DNA from: an uncultured Bacilli bacterium
GTDB taxonomy: Bacteria; Bacillota_I; Bacilli_A; RF39; UBA660
Length of the DNA: 64,000 nt
Reading direction: 5' to 3'
Assembly (NCBI GenBank): GCA_934148535.1
Contig: CAKPDF010000001.1
Location: forward strand, 127,361 to 191,360
This document shows, piece after piece, positions 49,997 through 59,739 of the stretch; the first letter of the stretch is position 1; each line of letters opens with the position of its first letter. The notes below the pieces were generated by a model. That model was not told the DNA's origin, did not search any database, and was given only the letters and a program-made list of their open reading frames with translations. The translations under genes were made by a program, and so were the position numbers.

Positions 49997-51211
49997 TTAA
50001 TTGGTGCTTATTTCTTTTACTTTTATATTACTATTTAGAGATGTTATAACATTTTTATATTTTTCATATACTTCTTGATAATTATTTAAGTACGAATTAT
50101 CTATTTTAGAAAATGGCACTATTAAGAAATCTTTATATTCATTTGTATAGTACATATATAGTAATTCATTTTCTAAATTTTTAATAGTTATTTTATTTGT
50201 TTTTAAATCTTTTTCTATTTCTAGAGAGGTCATCAATCCCACTCTATTATCCATATTTACTACTTCATGTGCAGATGCAAAATTACCTAGCGAATATATT
50301 ACTAAAGTATTATTTATATAATCTATTGGCTCTATAACATGGGGATGAGTTCCTATTATTATGTCTACGCCATTATCACTTAAGAATTTTGCAGCATCTT
50401 TTTGATAGGCATTTGGCATATTTTGATATTCTATTCCCCAATGCATTGCTACAAGTAATACATCTACTTTATCTCTTACTCTTTTTATATCCTCTAATAC
50501 TTGTTGTTTATAATTTTGATACTCGATATCTTTTTCTGGATTATTTCCGTTCATAGGCCATATATTTACTAGATAATTTTCATCTTCTGGTACGTTAATT
50601 TCGTTAGTTCCATAAGTATAATTTAGCATTGTATATGTTATTCCATTAGATTCTCTTATATCTATTTTATTTCTTTCTTCTTGACTGGAATAAGAACCTA
50701 CTGCTAAAACATTTTCTTTAGAATTCCAATAATTTCTTGAATTTAATACTGCTTGCTTCCCTCTATCTAGAGTATGATTTGTAGCAAGAGATACTAAATT
50801 AAATCCTGCGTCTATCATTGCATCTGCTACTTCATATGGTGAGTTGAAGGCAGGATATGATGATAATCCTATTTCACTTCCTCCTATGATAGTTTCTTGG
50901 TTGTAGTATGCTATATCGTAATTTGAGACTATACTTTTAATCATTTTATACATTGGTTTAAAGTCATAACTTTCATAATTTGCATTTCTATTTGCTTCTT
51001 CATAAATACTTGAATGTATTAGATTATCTCCTACCATTATTAGAGATGTTGAAGTTGTATTTTTTATATTTTCTTTTTCTATATTTTTATTTTCTTTTTC
51101 TTGTTCTGTTTTGGGAATTAATAATAAAATTATACTTGTTAATAGTATTAATATTAAAATAGATATGATTAAAGACTTAAGTTTTTTAAGTCTTTTGTCT
51201 TTCTTATTCAT
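49997..51211 (-). CDS. CapA/PgsA-family (PGA_cap) metallophosphatase-like membrane-anchored protein, paralog 2
   Basis: N-terminal TM, conserved MHWG.EY and GTHPHV motifs; ~60% identical to the upstream paralog. Confidence 0.75.
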   Translation of the reverse strand: MNKKDKRLKKLKSLIISILILILLTSIILLLIPKTEQEKENKNIEKENIKNTTSTSLIMVGDNLIHSSIYEEANRNANYESYDFKPMYKMIKSIVSNYDIAYYNQETIIGGSEIGLSSYPAFNSPYEVADAMIDAGFNLVSLATNHTLDRGKQAVLNSRNYWNSKENVLAVGSYSSQEERNKIDIRESNGITYTMLNYTYGTNEINVPEDENYLVNIWPMNGNNPEKDIEYQNYKQQVLEDIKRVRDKVDVLLVAMHWGIEYQNMPNAYQKDAAKFLSDNGVDIIIGTHPHVIEPIDYINNTLVIYSLGNFASAHEVVNMDNRVGLMTSLEIEKDLKTNKITIKNLENELLYMYYTNEYKDFLIVPFSKIDNSYLNNYQEVYEKYKNVITSLNSNIKVKEISTN

Positions 51212-52457
51212 ACGCTGGTACTACTTTCATGGTTTCATCATATTTCTGAACTACTGCTTTATATTTTTCATATACTGTTTTATATGATGGTAAATATGTT
51301 TTTATTGCTTCATTAGAAAATGGAACAACTTTAAAATTTCTAAATCCACTATAGTAAGTATATATTAATTCATTTGAAACATCATCTATTTTAATGGTTT
51401 TATCTTTTCCTTTTTCTGTTTTAGTTATTTTAAAACTAGTCATTAGTCCTGTAGTACATTTATAATCAGTACAAGTTGATTGATTTTGATATTGAGCTGA
51501 TATTAGGTTTCCTAATGAATATATTACTAGAGTATTATCTATCCAAGTAACTGGTTGGATTACATGAGGATGAGTTCCTATTATTACATCTACTCCATTA
51601 TCTGCTAAAAATTTTGCCATATCTTTTTCATATTCTGTAGGTTCATGGGTGTATTCTACTCCCCAATGCATTGCTACAAATAATACATCTACTTTATCTC
51701 TTACTCTTTTTATATCTTCTAATACTGTTTTTTTATAATCTTGATATTCTGTATCTTTTTCAGGATCATTTATATCTAAATCTGTAGGCCATACATTTAC
51801 TAAGTATTCTTTCCCTTCTGGTACTTTAATACCATTAGTACCATAGGTATAATTTAACATTGTATATGTTATTCCATTAGATTCTCTTATATCTACTTTA
51901 TTTCTTTCTTCTTCACTGGAATAAGAACCTACTGCTAAAACATTTTCTTTAGAATTCCAATATTCTCTTGAATTTAATACAGCTTTACTTCCTGAATCAA
52001 TTGTATGGTTTGTGGCAAGGGATACTAGATTAAATCCTAAGTCTATCATAGTATCTCCTACTTCATATGGTGAATTGAATGTTGGATAGTCACTTAATCC
52101 GATTTCAGATCCTCCTAAAATTGTTTCTTGGTTATAATATTCTATATCATAATTTGATACTATTGGTTTTAATAATTCATACATTGGTGAGAAGTCATAT
52201 CCGTCATAATTAGCATTTCTATGGGCTTCATTGTAAAGACTTGAATGTATTAAGTTATCTCCTGCTGTTATTACAGAGGTTGTATATACTTTTTCTTTAA
52301 CTTCCTCTTTTGTACCATTATTATTAGATTCTGTTTTTACTTCTTTTTTTAATATTTGTTTACTACAATAAAATATTACTAAAATGAATAATATTACTAA
52401 TGATAGTGCTATAAAAATATTTCCTAGTTTTAATTTTCTTTTTTTCTTTCTATTCAT
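51204..52457 (-). CDS. CapA/PgsA-family (PGA_cap) metallophosphatase-like membrane-anchored protein, paralog 1
   Basis: Same motifs as paralog 2; tandem duplication with 8-nt overlap. Confidence 0.75.
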   Translation of the reverse strand: MNRKKKRKLKLGNIFIALSLVILFILVIFYCSKQILKKEVKTESNNNGTKEEVKEKVYTTSVITAGDNLIHSSLYNEAHRNANYDGYDFSPMYELLKPIVSNYDIEYYNQETILGGSEIGLSDYPTFNSPYEVGDTMIDLGFNLVSLATNHTIDSGSKAVLNSREYWNSKENVLAVGSYSSEEERNKVDIRESNGITYTMLNYTYGTNGIKVPEGKEYLVNVWPTDLDINDPEKDTEYQDYKKTVLEDIKRVRDKVDVLFVAMHWGVEYTHEPTEYEKDMAKFLADNGVDVIIGTHPHVIQPVTWIDNTLVIYSLGNLISAQYQNQSTCTDYKCTTGLMTSFKITKTEKGKDKTIKIDDVSNELIYTYYSGFRNFKVVPFSNEAIKTYLPSYKTVYEKYKAVVQKYDETMKVVPAYE

Positions 52458-52465
52458 AACTTCTC

Positions 52466-54529
52466 CTACTTTTCTACTACTTCAAAATCTATCATAGATG
52501 TATCTTTATTAGCGTTTATTACTTTTACTTTAACTCTATCTCCAAATCTATATTGTTTTTTCTTATCTTGGCTGGTTAACATTTTGGCTTTTTCATTATA
52601 ATTAAATCCTGATGATTTTACTAATCCTTCTATGGTGTTATCTAATTCTACGAAGAATCCAAATTCTTGTACTCCAGATATAACTCCTTCAAAAGTTTCT
52701 CCAATATGATCTTGCATATATTCTGCTTTTTTCATATCGTCTACATCTCTTTCACATTTTACAGCATCTTGTTCTTTGATAGAGCAATGTTCTGCCATTT
52801 CTGGTAATCTTTCAGCCCATTTTTCTATGGTTTGTTCTGAATAATTTTCTTCATAATCTTTTACTAATCTATGTAATATTAGATCTGGATATCTTCTTAT
52901 TGGGGATGTAAAGTGTGAATAACATTTACTTCCTAATCCAAAGTGTCCAATATTTTCGCTAGAGTAAATTGCTTTGGCCTGACATCTTATTGCCATGTCA
53001 TTTAATATATGATAATCTGGTTTATCTTTTAATTGTTCTAATACTTTTTGTAAATCTTTACTAGTTATATTATCTCTTTTTCCTTTTACCACATATCCTC
53101 TTGCTGCTAAGAAGTCAAAAAAGCTTGATAATCTTTCTTCATTTGGTTTATCATGAATACGGTATATTCCTGGTAAATTTTGATAGAATATGTGGCTACC
53201 TACTGTTTCATTAGCGGCTACCATAAAGTTTTCTATCATGTTTTCTCCAGTCCCTTCATTTCTTAATTTGATATCTATTGGATGGCAGTTTTCGTCTACT
53301 ATTATTTTTGCTTCAGGAGAAGAAAATTCTATATAACCTCTAGATATCATTTTTGTTCTTAGTATATCTGATAATTCTTTCATTAATCTTAAGTCATTTA
53401 CGAATGGTTCATAATTTTCTGGAATTTCATTTTTATCTAATATTTGATTTACTTTGTTATAAGTCATTTGAATTCTACTTCTTATTACAGTCTTTCTTAT
53501 GTCATATTTTACTACTTTTCCTTGTTTATTTATTTTCATTAGACAAGATAGCGCTAATCTATCAACATTTGGATTAAGTGAACAGATACCGTTTGATAAT
53601 TTATGAGGTAACATAGGTATAACTCTATCTACTAGATATACACTTGTTGCTCTTTCATATGCTTCATCGTTTAATGGTGTATTTTCTTTTACATAATTAC
53701 TTACATCTGCTATATGAACTCCTAAGTTATATGTTCCATCTTCATTTTTATCTATACTTACTGCATCATCTATATCTTTGGTATCGTCACCATCTATTGT
53801 AAAGATTGTTTTATCTCTTAGGTCTAATCTTCCTATCGTATCTTTTTCTTCTATTTCATCTGGAATGCAATCTAAGTATTTTATTACTTCTTCAGGAAAA
53901 TTTGGTTTAAAGTCATGAGCGTATACGTATGATACTATATCTATACCTACATCATTTTTATGACCTATTACTTTTATTACGTTTGCTAAATATTTGCTTC
54001 CGTTTATTGGTAATACTACAACTTTATGTCCTTCTACTAGACCTTTGCTTGTTTCTTTTGTTACTTGCATATCTATATATTCTTTAGAATCGGGGTGAAC
54101 GTAGCATAATTTATCTTTAAAATAAATTGTACCTACTATTTTACTTTCGTCTCTTTGTAAAATTTTTATTATTTTTCCTTCTGTTTTATCTCCTATTAAT
54201 TCTATTAATACTATGTCGTTATGTCTTGCAGTATTTAAATTGTTTTTATTAATATATATATCGTCTTTACCATTTCCAATTTCTACAAATCCAAAGCCTT
54301 TTCTATTCATTAATAATTTACCTTTTACTAAATGACTATTTTCTAGTAATAGATATTTTTTCTTTTTTTCACTATAATATAATATTCCGAGAGCAGCCAT
54401 TTCTTTTAGTTTTTTATCTAATTTTTGATATTCTTCTATTGTTGTATATCCTAATAGATCGTTAATTTCTATAGTAGATAAATTTGGCCTTTCTTTATTT
54501 GATAATATGTTAATTATGTCGTTTTCCAT
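52466..54529 (-). CDS. rnr: ribonuclease R
   Basis: 687 aa; cold-shock/OB N-terminus, RNB catalytic domain (IDGDDTKDIDDAVS...HIADVS), C-terminal S1 domain. Confidence 0.9.
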   Translation of the reverse strand: MENDIINILSNKERPNLSTIEINDLLGYTTIEEYQKLDKKLKEMAALGILYYSEKKKKYLLLENSHLVKGKLLMNRKGFGFVEIGNGKDDIYINKNNLNTARHNDIVLIELIGDKTEGKIIKILQRDESKIVGTIYFKDKLCYVHPDSKEYIDMQVTKETSKGLVEGHKVVVLPINGSKYLANVIKVIGHKNDVGIDIVSYVYAHDFKPNFPEEVIKYLDCIPDEIEEKDTIGRLDLRDKTIFTIDGDDTKDIDDAVSIDKNEDGTYNLGVHIADVSNYVKENTPLNDEAYERATSVYLVDRVIPMLPHKLSNGICSLNPNVDRLALSCLMKINKQGKVVKYDIRKTVIRSRIQMTYNKVNQILDKNEIPENYEPFVNDLRLMKELSDILRTKMISRGYIEFSSPEAKIIVDENCHPIDIKLRNEGTGENMIENFMVAANETVGSHIFYQNLPGIYRIHDKPNEERLSSFFDFLAARGYVVKGKRDNITSKDLQKVLEQLKDKPDYHILNDMAIRCQAKAIYSSENIGHFGLGSKCYSHFTSPIRRYPDLILHRLVKDYEENYSEQTIEKWAERLPEMAEHCSIKEQDAVKCERDVDDMKKAEYMQDHIGETFEGVISGVQEFGFFVELDNTIEGLVKSSGFNYNEKAKMLTSQDKKKQYRFGDRVKVKVINANKDTSMIDFEVVEK

Positions 54530-54581
54530 ATAAATTCTCCTTCTTATTCTTATTTTATGTAAAAAGACTTACGAGGTAAGT

Positions 54582-54794
54582 CTATAATGATATAAATAAT
54601 GATAGCACAAAGAATGCAACTCCAAGTAACATTGTTACTCTGCTTATGAATAATTCAAATCCTCTTTCTTTACGGTTAGTAAATAAATCAGATGATCCTC
54701 CTTGTACTATTTGACCTGCTGATTCTGCTTTTCCACTTTGTAATAAAACTATTATAATTAGTAATACTGATACTATTAATAAGGCTGTTTCCAT
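54582..54794 (-). CDS. secG: preprotein translocase subunit SecG
   Basis: 70 aa, two TM helices with the conserved LLQSGKAE...GG loop. Confidence 0.85.
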   Translation of the reverse strand: METALLIVSVLLIIIVLLQSGKAESAGQIVQGGSSDLFTNRKERGFELFISRVTMLLGVAFFVLSLFISL

Positions 54795-54888
54795 AAAAAT
54801 TCCTCCTGTTCCGTATTAATTATAACATATTAATAATATATCTACAATATTTTAAATTCAATATTTTGAAATTTTTTGTAAAAAATAG

Positions 54889-54917
54889 TTGACAATGATA
54901 TTATTTGTTGGTATAAT
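54889..54917 (+). promoter_or_regulatory. Canonical sigma-A promoter (TTGACA-17-TATAAT) for the tRNA-Ala/tRNA-Pro pair
   Basis: -35 at 54889-54894, 17-nt spacer, -10 at 54912-54917, 13 nt before the tRNA 5' end. Confidence 0.65.
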
Positions 54918-54930
54918 TTTATTTGTCGAT

Positions 54931-55007
54931 GGGGAATTAGCTCAGTTGGCTAGAGCATCTGCCTTGCACGCAGGGGGTCAAGGGTTCGAGTCCCTTATTC
55001 TCCACCA
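54931..55007 (+). tRNA. tRNA-Ala (anticodon UGC), CCA encoded
   Basis: Manual fold; anticodon loop CTTGCAC; acceptor stem has the diagnostic G3:U70 wobble pair of tRNA-Ala. Confidence 0.9.
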
Positions 55008-55016
55008 TTTATTTTT

Positions 55017-55093
55017 CGGGAAGTAGCTTAGCTTGGTAGAGCGCTACGCTTGGGACGTAGAGGTCGCAGGTTCAAATCCTGTCTTCCCGACCA
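55017..55093 (+). tRNA. tRNA-Pro (anticodon UGG), CCA encoded
   Basis: CGGGAAG acceptor; anticodon stem CTACG/CGTAG, loop CTTGGGA; T-arm GCAGGTTCAAATCCTGT. Confidence 0.9.
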
Positions 55094-55108
55094 GGTAGAA
55101 AATTTTAG

Positions 55109-55133
55109 ATACTAACTTTGTTAGTATTTTTTA
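55109..55133 (+). terminator. Rho-independent terminator after tRNA-Pro (atactaac ttt gttagtat + T6)
   Basis: 8-bp perfect stem followed by a T-run. Confidence 0.65.
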
Positions 55134-55207
55134 TTTACAATACATCTTTATATAGAAATATATGAGATAAATAGTTATATTTAAAAATGGCAATTATTGT
55201 TGCCATT

Positions 55208-56194
55208 TTATTTTTTCAAATATTCTATTGCATCATTAAATGTTTTTATTGAAACTATTTCTATATCATAGTTTTTTTCTTTTTTTACTTCTAATGCTTC
55301 TTCATAATTTCCTTCTGGAACTAATACTACATCCATTTTATTTTTAACTGCACCCATTAATTTGTATTTTATTCCATCTATTTTTCCTACATTACCTTCT
55401 AAATCTATTGTACCAGTTCCTGCTATATTTCTTCCTTTTACTATATCGTCATCTGCTATAACATTATAGATACTTAAGGCCATCATTAATCCACCAGACG
55501 AACCACTTTCACTTTTCTTAAACTTTATATTTATCTCTGGATCTAAATTATATTTATAATTTGTCATAATAACTATACCTATTATTTTTTGACCTTTTTC
55601 TTCAGACATTTTTACATTTATTTCTTTTTCTTTGTTATTTCTTTTAACTGTTAATTTTATTGTATTCCCAACTTCTTGATTTGATATAATTTCTTTTATT
55701 TCACTAGTGCTATTTATTTCTTTATCATTTACTTTAGTTATTATATCACCTATTTTTATACCATTATCTTTAGTAGTTGCTATAACATAACTCATTTTAT
55801 CCTTGACTTCAATATTTTTATTAGCAGATGTATATGCTACATATGTGGCATTGCTAATTGAATTATCTAACATTATTCTATTTCTTTCATATATTTCTTC
55901 CATATCTTCGTTATTTACTTGAACGTCACTCACTTTTTCTACTTTCCAATCTTTAAATAAATATGATAGTAAATATGTAGGTATTGTTGCTTCATATTCA
56001 GTTACGTATAACATATTTAAACTTCCATTTATTTTATTATTTCTATTTTCTGTAGTTATTCTATCACTTATGTCAATTGTACCTCCTGATACATCTATAT
56101 AATATGGTAGTTTTATATTAAATAGCGCTACTATAATGATTAAAGATATTATGAACCATATATCTTGTTTTATAAAATTAATTATTTTTTTCAT
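55208..56194 (-). CDS. SepM/YlbL-family S16 (Lon-like) serine peptidase with PDZ domain
   Basis: N-terminal TM, PDZ segment, Lon-protease catalytic region SGSSGGLMMALSIYNV...GTGTID...GIKYKLMGA. Confidence 0.75.
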   Translation of the reverse strand: MKKIINFIKQDIWFIISLIIIVALFNIKLPYYIDVSGGTIDISDRITTENRNNKINGSLNMLYVTEYEATIPTYLLSYLFKDWKVEKVSDVQVNNEDMEEIYERNRIMLDNSISNATYVAYTSANKNIEVKDKMSYVIATTKDNGIKIGDIITKVNDKEINSTSEIKEIISNQEVGNTIKLTVKRNNKEKEINVKMSEEKGQKIIGIVIMTNYKYNLDPEINIKFKKSESGSSGGLMMALSIYNVIADDDIVKGRNIAGTGTIDLEGNVGKIDGIKYKLMGAVKNKMDVVLVPEGNYEEALEVKKEKNYDIEIVSIKTFNDAIEYLKK

Positions 56195-56257
56195 TGTATC
56201 ACCTTCTTAATTATATTCTTAAAAAGTAGTTTTTTTCATATAATTAATTGTGATAAT

Positions 56258-57190
56258 ATGAAAAAGAAACTTTTTAATTTATTTGTTATTTTATCTTGCA
56301 CTTTTATAATAATTTATTGTATTATTTATAAATCATTAATATTTGAAACTATTTATTTTTCTATGGAAACTTGGATTAAAAATATTGTACCTTCTTTATT
56401 TCCTTTTTTTATTATATCAGATATTTTAATTACATACAATGTGGAAAAATATATTCCTTCTTTTATAATAAATTTTTTTAGTAAGTTATTTAATGTTAGT
56501 GATAAACTTGTTTCTATTTTCTTCTTGTCTATGATTTCTGGATTTCCTAGTAGCGCTAAAAATACTAGAAAATATTATGATTTAGGTTTGATTAGTTTAA
56601 AAGAAGCTAATCATATATTGTTGTTTTCTCATTTTTCTAACCCTTTATTTATCTTATCTACTGTTTCAGTTATGTTTTTTAATAATGAAAAATTAGGGTT
56701 ACCAATATTAATTTCTCACTATTTAGGTAATATAATAATTGGAATTATTTTAAGAAATAAAGCTCCAAAACATAATAATTCTAATAATGAGATTAAAAAT
56801 AAAAATATAAAATTTGGTTTAGTATTTTCTGAATCTATTATATCTGCAATAGATACATTACTATTAATTTTTGGAACATTAACTTGTTTTTTGATTATTT
56901 CTACTTGCATTATTGACTTTCTTAATATTAATTTAAAACTTAGTATTTTAATTAAGAGTATTTTAGAAATTACAATGGGATTAAAAAGTCTTTCTTTAGT
57001 TAATATATCCGATTTGTTAAAAATTGTTATTTCCTCTATGATTATTTCTTTTGGAGGATTATCAGTACATATGCAAATATTATCTCAAATAAGTGATACT
57101 GATATTTCTTATTCTGATTTTTTTATTGCTAGAGTTTTTCATTGTATTGTATCTGGAGTGATGTCTTTATTAATTTGTCTTATAATTTAA
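56258..57190 (+). CDS. nucleoside-recognition (Gate) domain membrane protein, YlbJ-like sporulation integral membrane protein
   Basis: Polytopic membrane protein divergent from the sepM/ylbL homolog (conserved ylbJ-ylbL neighbourhood). Start chosen at the internal ATG (MKKKLFNL), because the longer track ORF overlaps the sepM start. Confidence 0.5.
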   Translation: MKKKLFNLFVILSCTFIIIYCIIYKSLIFETIYFSMETWIKNIVPSLFPFFIISDILITYNVEKYIPSFIINFFSKLFNVSDKLVSIFFLSMISGFPSSAKNTRKYYDLGLISLKEANHILLFSHFSNPLFILSTVSVMFFNNEKLGLPILISHYLGNIIIGIILRNKAPKHNNSNNEIKNKNIKFGLVFSESIISAIDTLLLIFGTLTCFLIISTCIIDFLNINLKLSILIKSILEITMGLKSLSLVNISDLLKIVISSMIISFGGLSVHMQILSQISDTDISYSDFFIARVFHCIVSGVMSLLICLII

Positions 57191-57192
57191 AA

Positions 57193-57216
57193 AAGATAGG
57201 TTTCCCTATCTTAATA
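57193..57216. terminator. Hairpin (agatagg ttt ccctatct) between convergent ylbJ-like and TasA-like P1 genes; T-run on the minus strand
   Basis: 7-8 bp stem; plus aaaa before and taataa after. Confidence 0.45.
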
Positions 57217-57218
57217 AT

Positions 57219-58148
57219 TTATGGTGATACTGTAGTTGTTGTTTCTGTGGTTGTTGTTTCTGTAGTTGTTGTAGTTTGAGATGTTACACCATCTTCATAA
57301 TCTCCAGCTGCACCAATTACACCTGTTACACCTTTTCCATCTCCAGAAGTTGCTCTTATGTATCCTTTAAATGATTTCCCATTACCATCAATCTCTGTTT
57401 GGTCATCTCCGCTTTCTTCAATCCATAAAACAACAGTGTATGTTTTTCTTGGACTTTCTTGAGTCAATGTTGGATGTATTAAACTTTCAAATGTCGCTTT
57501 TTGACTTTCTTCAATGTCAGTTCTAACTTCCATTTTTATTTCATCGTCTGGAGTAGTTGATATTTGCTTTGGCTCTGTAACTCTTGTTCTAGTAACAGTT
57601 TGTACTCCACTGGTATTTGTTGATGTTACATCAGTATATACAGCGAACCATAAATTTTGAAATTTGTTATCAGTTACACCTAAATACATAGTTATTGTTT
57701 GTGGGTTAACATTATCATTTATTATAGTATATGAATATGTACTACATACAGCTGAACCTGAATCATCAATACAAGTTGAATTTGCTTGTTTCTTCTTTAC
57801 TAAACATGTTTCAGGCTCATCTTGTTTATAAGTTACACATTCTTCTGGAACAACATATTTTATTTCCTTTTGCATTGCATAAGCATATTTTGCTATTTGT
57901 GCTGTAGTAGGAATCAAATCATAATTAGCACCTGTATCATCTGTTTCAATACCTAGTTTTAAGCTTGTTGATCCTGTTGTAATACTATTTTCTTCTGCTG
58001 TTCTAGTAGATGTTGTGAAATACGCATATGTTGCTCCAACTATTGCTATAATAATTACTGCAAATGCTATCACAAAATAGAATAAACCTCTACCTTTCTT
58101 CTCATTATTTTTATCATTTTGTACTTGATTTATTTTTTCACTTTCCAT
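57219..58148 (-). CDS. TasA/camelysin-like secreted protein paralog P1 (SipW-cognate-type signal peptide), with C-terminal poly-Thr tail
   Basis: N-terminus: charged region + TM + GATYAYFTTS...NSITTGSTSLKL resembles the TasA/CalY signal region (GGGT[WF]A[AF]F.D...NTFA.GTLDL). Conserved C...AVC..Y motif. Tail TSQTTTTTETTTTETTTTVSP. Confidence 0.55.
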   Translation of the reverse strand: MESEKINQVQNDKNNEKKGRGLFYFVIAFAVIIIAIVGATYAYFTTSTRTAEENSITTGSTSLKLGIETDDTGANYDLIPTTAQIAKYAYAMQKEIKYVVPEECVTYKQDEPETCLVKKKQANSTCIDDSGSAVCSTYSYTIINDNVNPQTITMYLGVTDNKFQNLWFAVYTDVTSTNTSGVQTVTRTRVTEPKQISTTPDDEIKMEVRTDIEESQKATFESLIHPTLTQESPRKTYTVVLWIEESGDDQTEIDGNGKSFKGYIRATSGDGKGVTGVIGAAGDYEDGVTSQTTTTTETTTTETTTTVSP

Positions 58149-58239
58149 ACTTCGTTCCTCCTTTATTTATTATGTATTAAGTATAGCATATTTGACTAAT
58201 AAAAATCAATACTTTTTATTAATTTATTTAAAATTAAAA

Positions 58240-58917
58240 TTATCCAGTATAGTTTCCTGTAATGGCTGCAGAAATTTTACCAGTTATTTTTCCACCACTT
58301 CCCGCAAAAAACGTTACATTTCCAAGAAAAGTTCCTATATCTGTTGCATTTTGTGATACTCCATTATCACTTAACCAAATCATTAAGTATAACTTTAATT
58401 CTTCTTTATCTTTTACACTAAAAGATGGACCTAACGGCATATCTTCTGTTGGTATTACTTTTTTATAGTATATGGAATTATTACTTTCATCTTTGTCTAT
58501 TTCAAGTATTTTTCCATTTTCATCAAATAACCTATAGCTTAAGTTTACAATATTTCCCATTTCTAAATTTATCATTCCTGTTACATAATCTAAATTTGAA
58601 TTGTAATCATATATTTTTATTTCATAAATGTAACAAACTGCGGCATTATTTTTATCTATACATGGAGTATTATTATATCCTGTATAAGCTTTCTCTGATA
58701 ATTCATCTTTCATCGGAATTAAGGTTTTAACCCCATTATTTGGATCTGGATATTTTGGAGTTACCGCTAAATTTAACGAAAGACTTGCTGATGAGGTGTT
58801 GATAGAGTTTTTATCTGTAGTTGCTGATGAGGCAATGTATGCATATGTACTTCCTATGACTATTATTACTATTGTTGTACAGATAAGGATTGTATAAATT
58901 ATTTTTGACTTATTCAT
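58240..58917 (-). CDS. TasA/camelysin-like secreted protein paralog P2
   Basis: MNKSK + TM + GSTYAYIASSATT...NSINTSSASLSL; CIDKNNAAVCYIYEIKIYDY motif. Confidence 0.55.
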   Translation of the reverse strand: MNKSKIIYTILICTTIVIIVIGSTYAYIASSATTDKNSINTSSASLSLNLAVTPKYPDPNNGVKTLIPMKDELSEKAYTGYNNTPCIDKNNAAVCYIYEIKIYDYNSNLDYVTGMINLEMGNIVNLSYRLFDENGKILEIDKDESNNSIYYKKVIPTEDMPLGPSFSVKDKEELKLYLMIWLSDNGVSQNATDIGTFLGNVTFFAGSGGKITGKISAAITGNYTG

Positions 58918-58928
58918 TTTTACTCCTC

Positions 58929-59627
58929 CTAAAATACTGCTGTTATCTCATTTCCTTGAGAAGAAATAAAGATAGCTTGTCCAGAAAAGAAATGTTCTAC
59001 GCCTTGCAAGTCGTCTTGTTTTTCATTTAAATTATGCAACCATATTAGCACATAATATTCTTTCTTTTCTCCTGATTTTATTATATCATCTTCATTTTCT
59101 TGACTGCTTTCTACTAGTAATGCATTTTTATCATCACTTCTATTTAAATTATCATCTTCATTTTTTACTATACCAGATTTTATATTATTAATATTAAATT
59201 CATCTTTACAATTATTACTATAACAGAATTCATCGCCATCATAATATATTCTCATAAATCTCATTTCATCATCATTTACAGTATCTAGTTTTAAATATCC
59301 ATCTAAGTACATTGCAGTATTACCGGTATTATTTACTGTGATTTTATAAATTTGACATACAGCAAAGCCATTCATATCTTGACAATTATTTTCTAAAGCA
59401 TAAGCAGCTTTTTCATCATCCATTGGTATCAATCCATAATGGTCGTTTGTTGATACTTTTTCTACTGATAGTCCAAATGAATAGTTTTTTGTTTCTCCTA
59501 CTAATACTTTTTCGGCAGTTTTCTTAGCTGTAAAATAGGCATATGTTCCAGTTATCACTATTACTATTAAAACAATACATATTAATGTAAAATATATCAT
59601 TTTTCTTGTATTTATATCTTTATTCAT
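58929..59627 (-). CDS. TasA/camelysin-like secreted protein paralog P3
   Basis: TM + GTYAYFTAKKT...; CQDMNGFAVCQIYKITVNNTGN motif; 11-nt gap to P2. Confidence 0.55.
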   Translation of the reverse strand: MNKDINTRKMIYFTLICIVLIVIVITGTYAYFTAKKTAEKVLVGETKNYSFGLSVEKVSTNDHYGLIPMDDEKAAYALENNCQDMNGFAVCQIYKITVNNTGNTAMYLDGYLKLDTVNDDEMRFMRIYYDGDEFCYSNNCKDEFNINNIKSGIVKNEDDNLNRSDDKNALLVESSQENEDDIIKSGEKKEYYVLIWLHNLNEKQDDLQGVEHFFSGQAIFISSQGNEITAVF

Positions 59628-59697
59628 ATTTATATGCTCCTTTATTTTCTATTTATATTTTATCAAAATATAATTGTTATTGCAATAGTTTTATAGC

Positions 59698-59721
59698 AAA
59701 AAAACGCAACCCTAAGGTTGC
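59698..59721 (-). terminator. Rho-independent terminator after P4 (gcaacc ctaa ggttgc + T7 on minus strand)
   Basis: 6-bp GC-rich stem; plus A-run 59695-59704 gives a minus T-run; 19 nt downstream of the P4 stop. Confidence 0.6.
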
Positions 59722-59739
59722 ATTTTATAATTAACTTAA

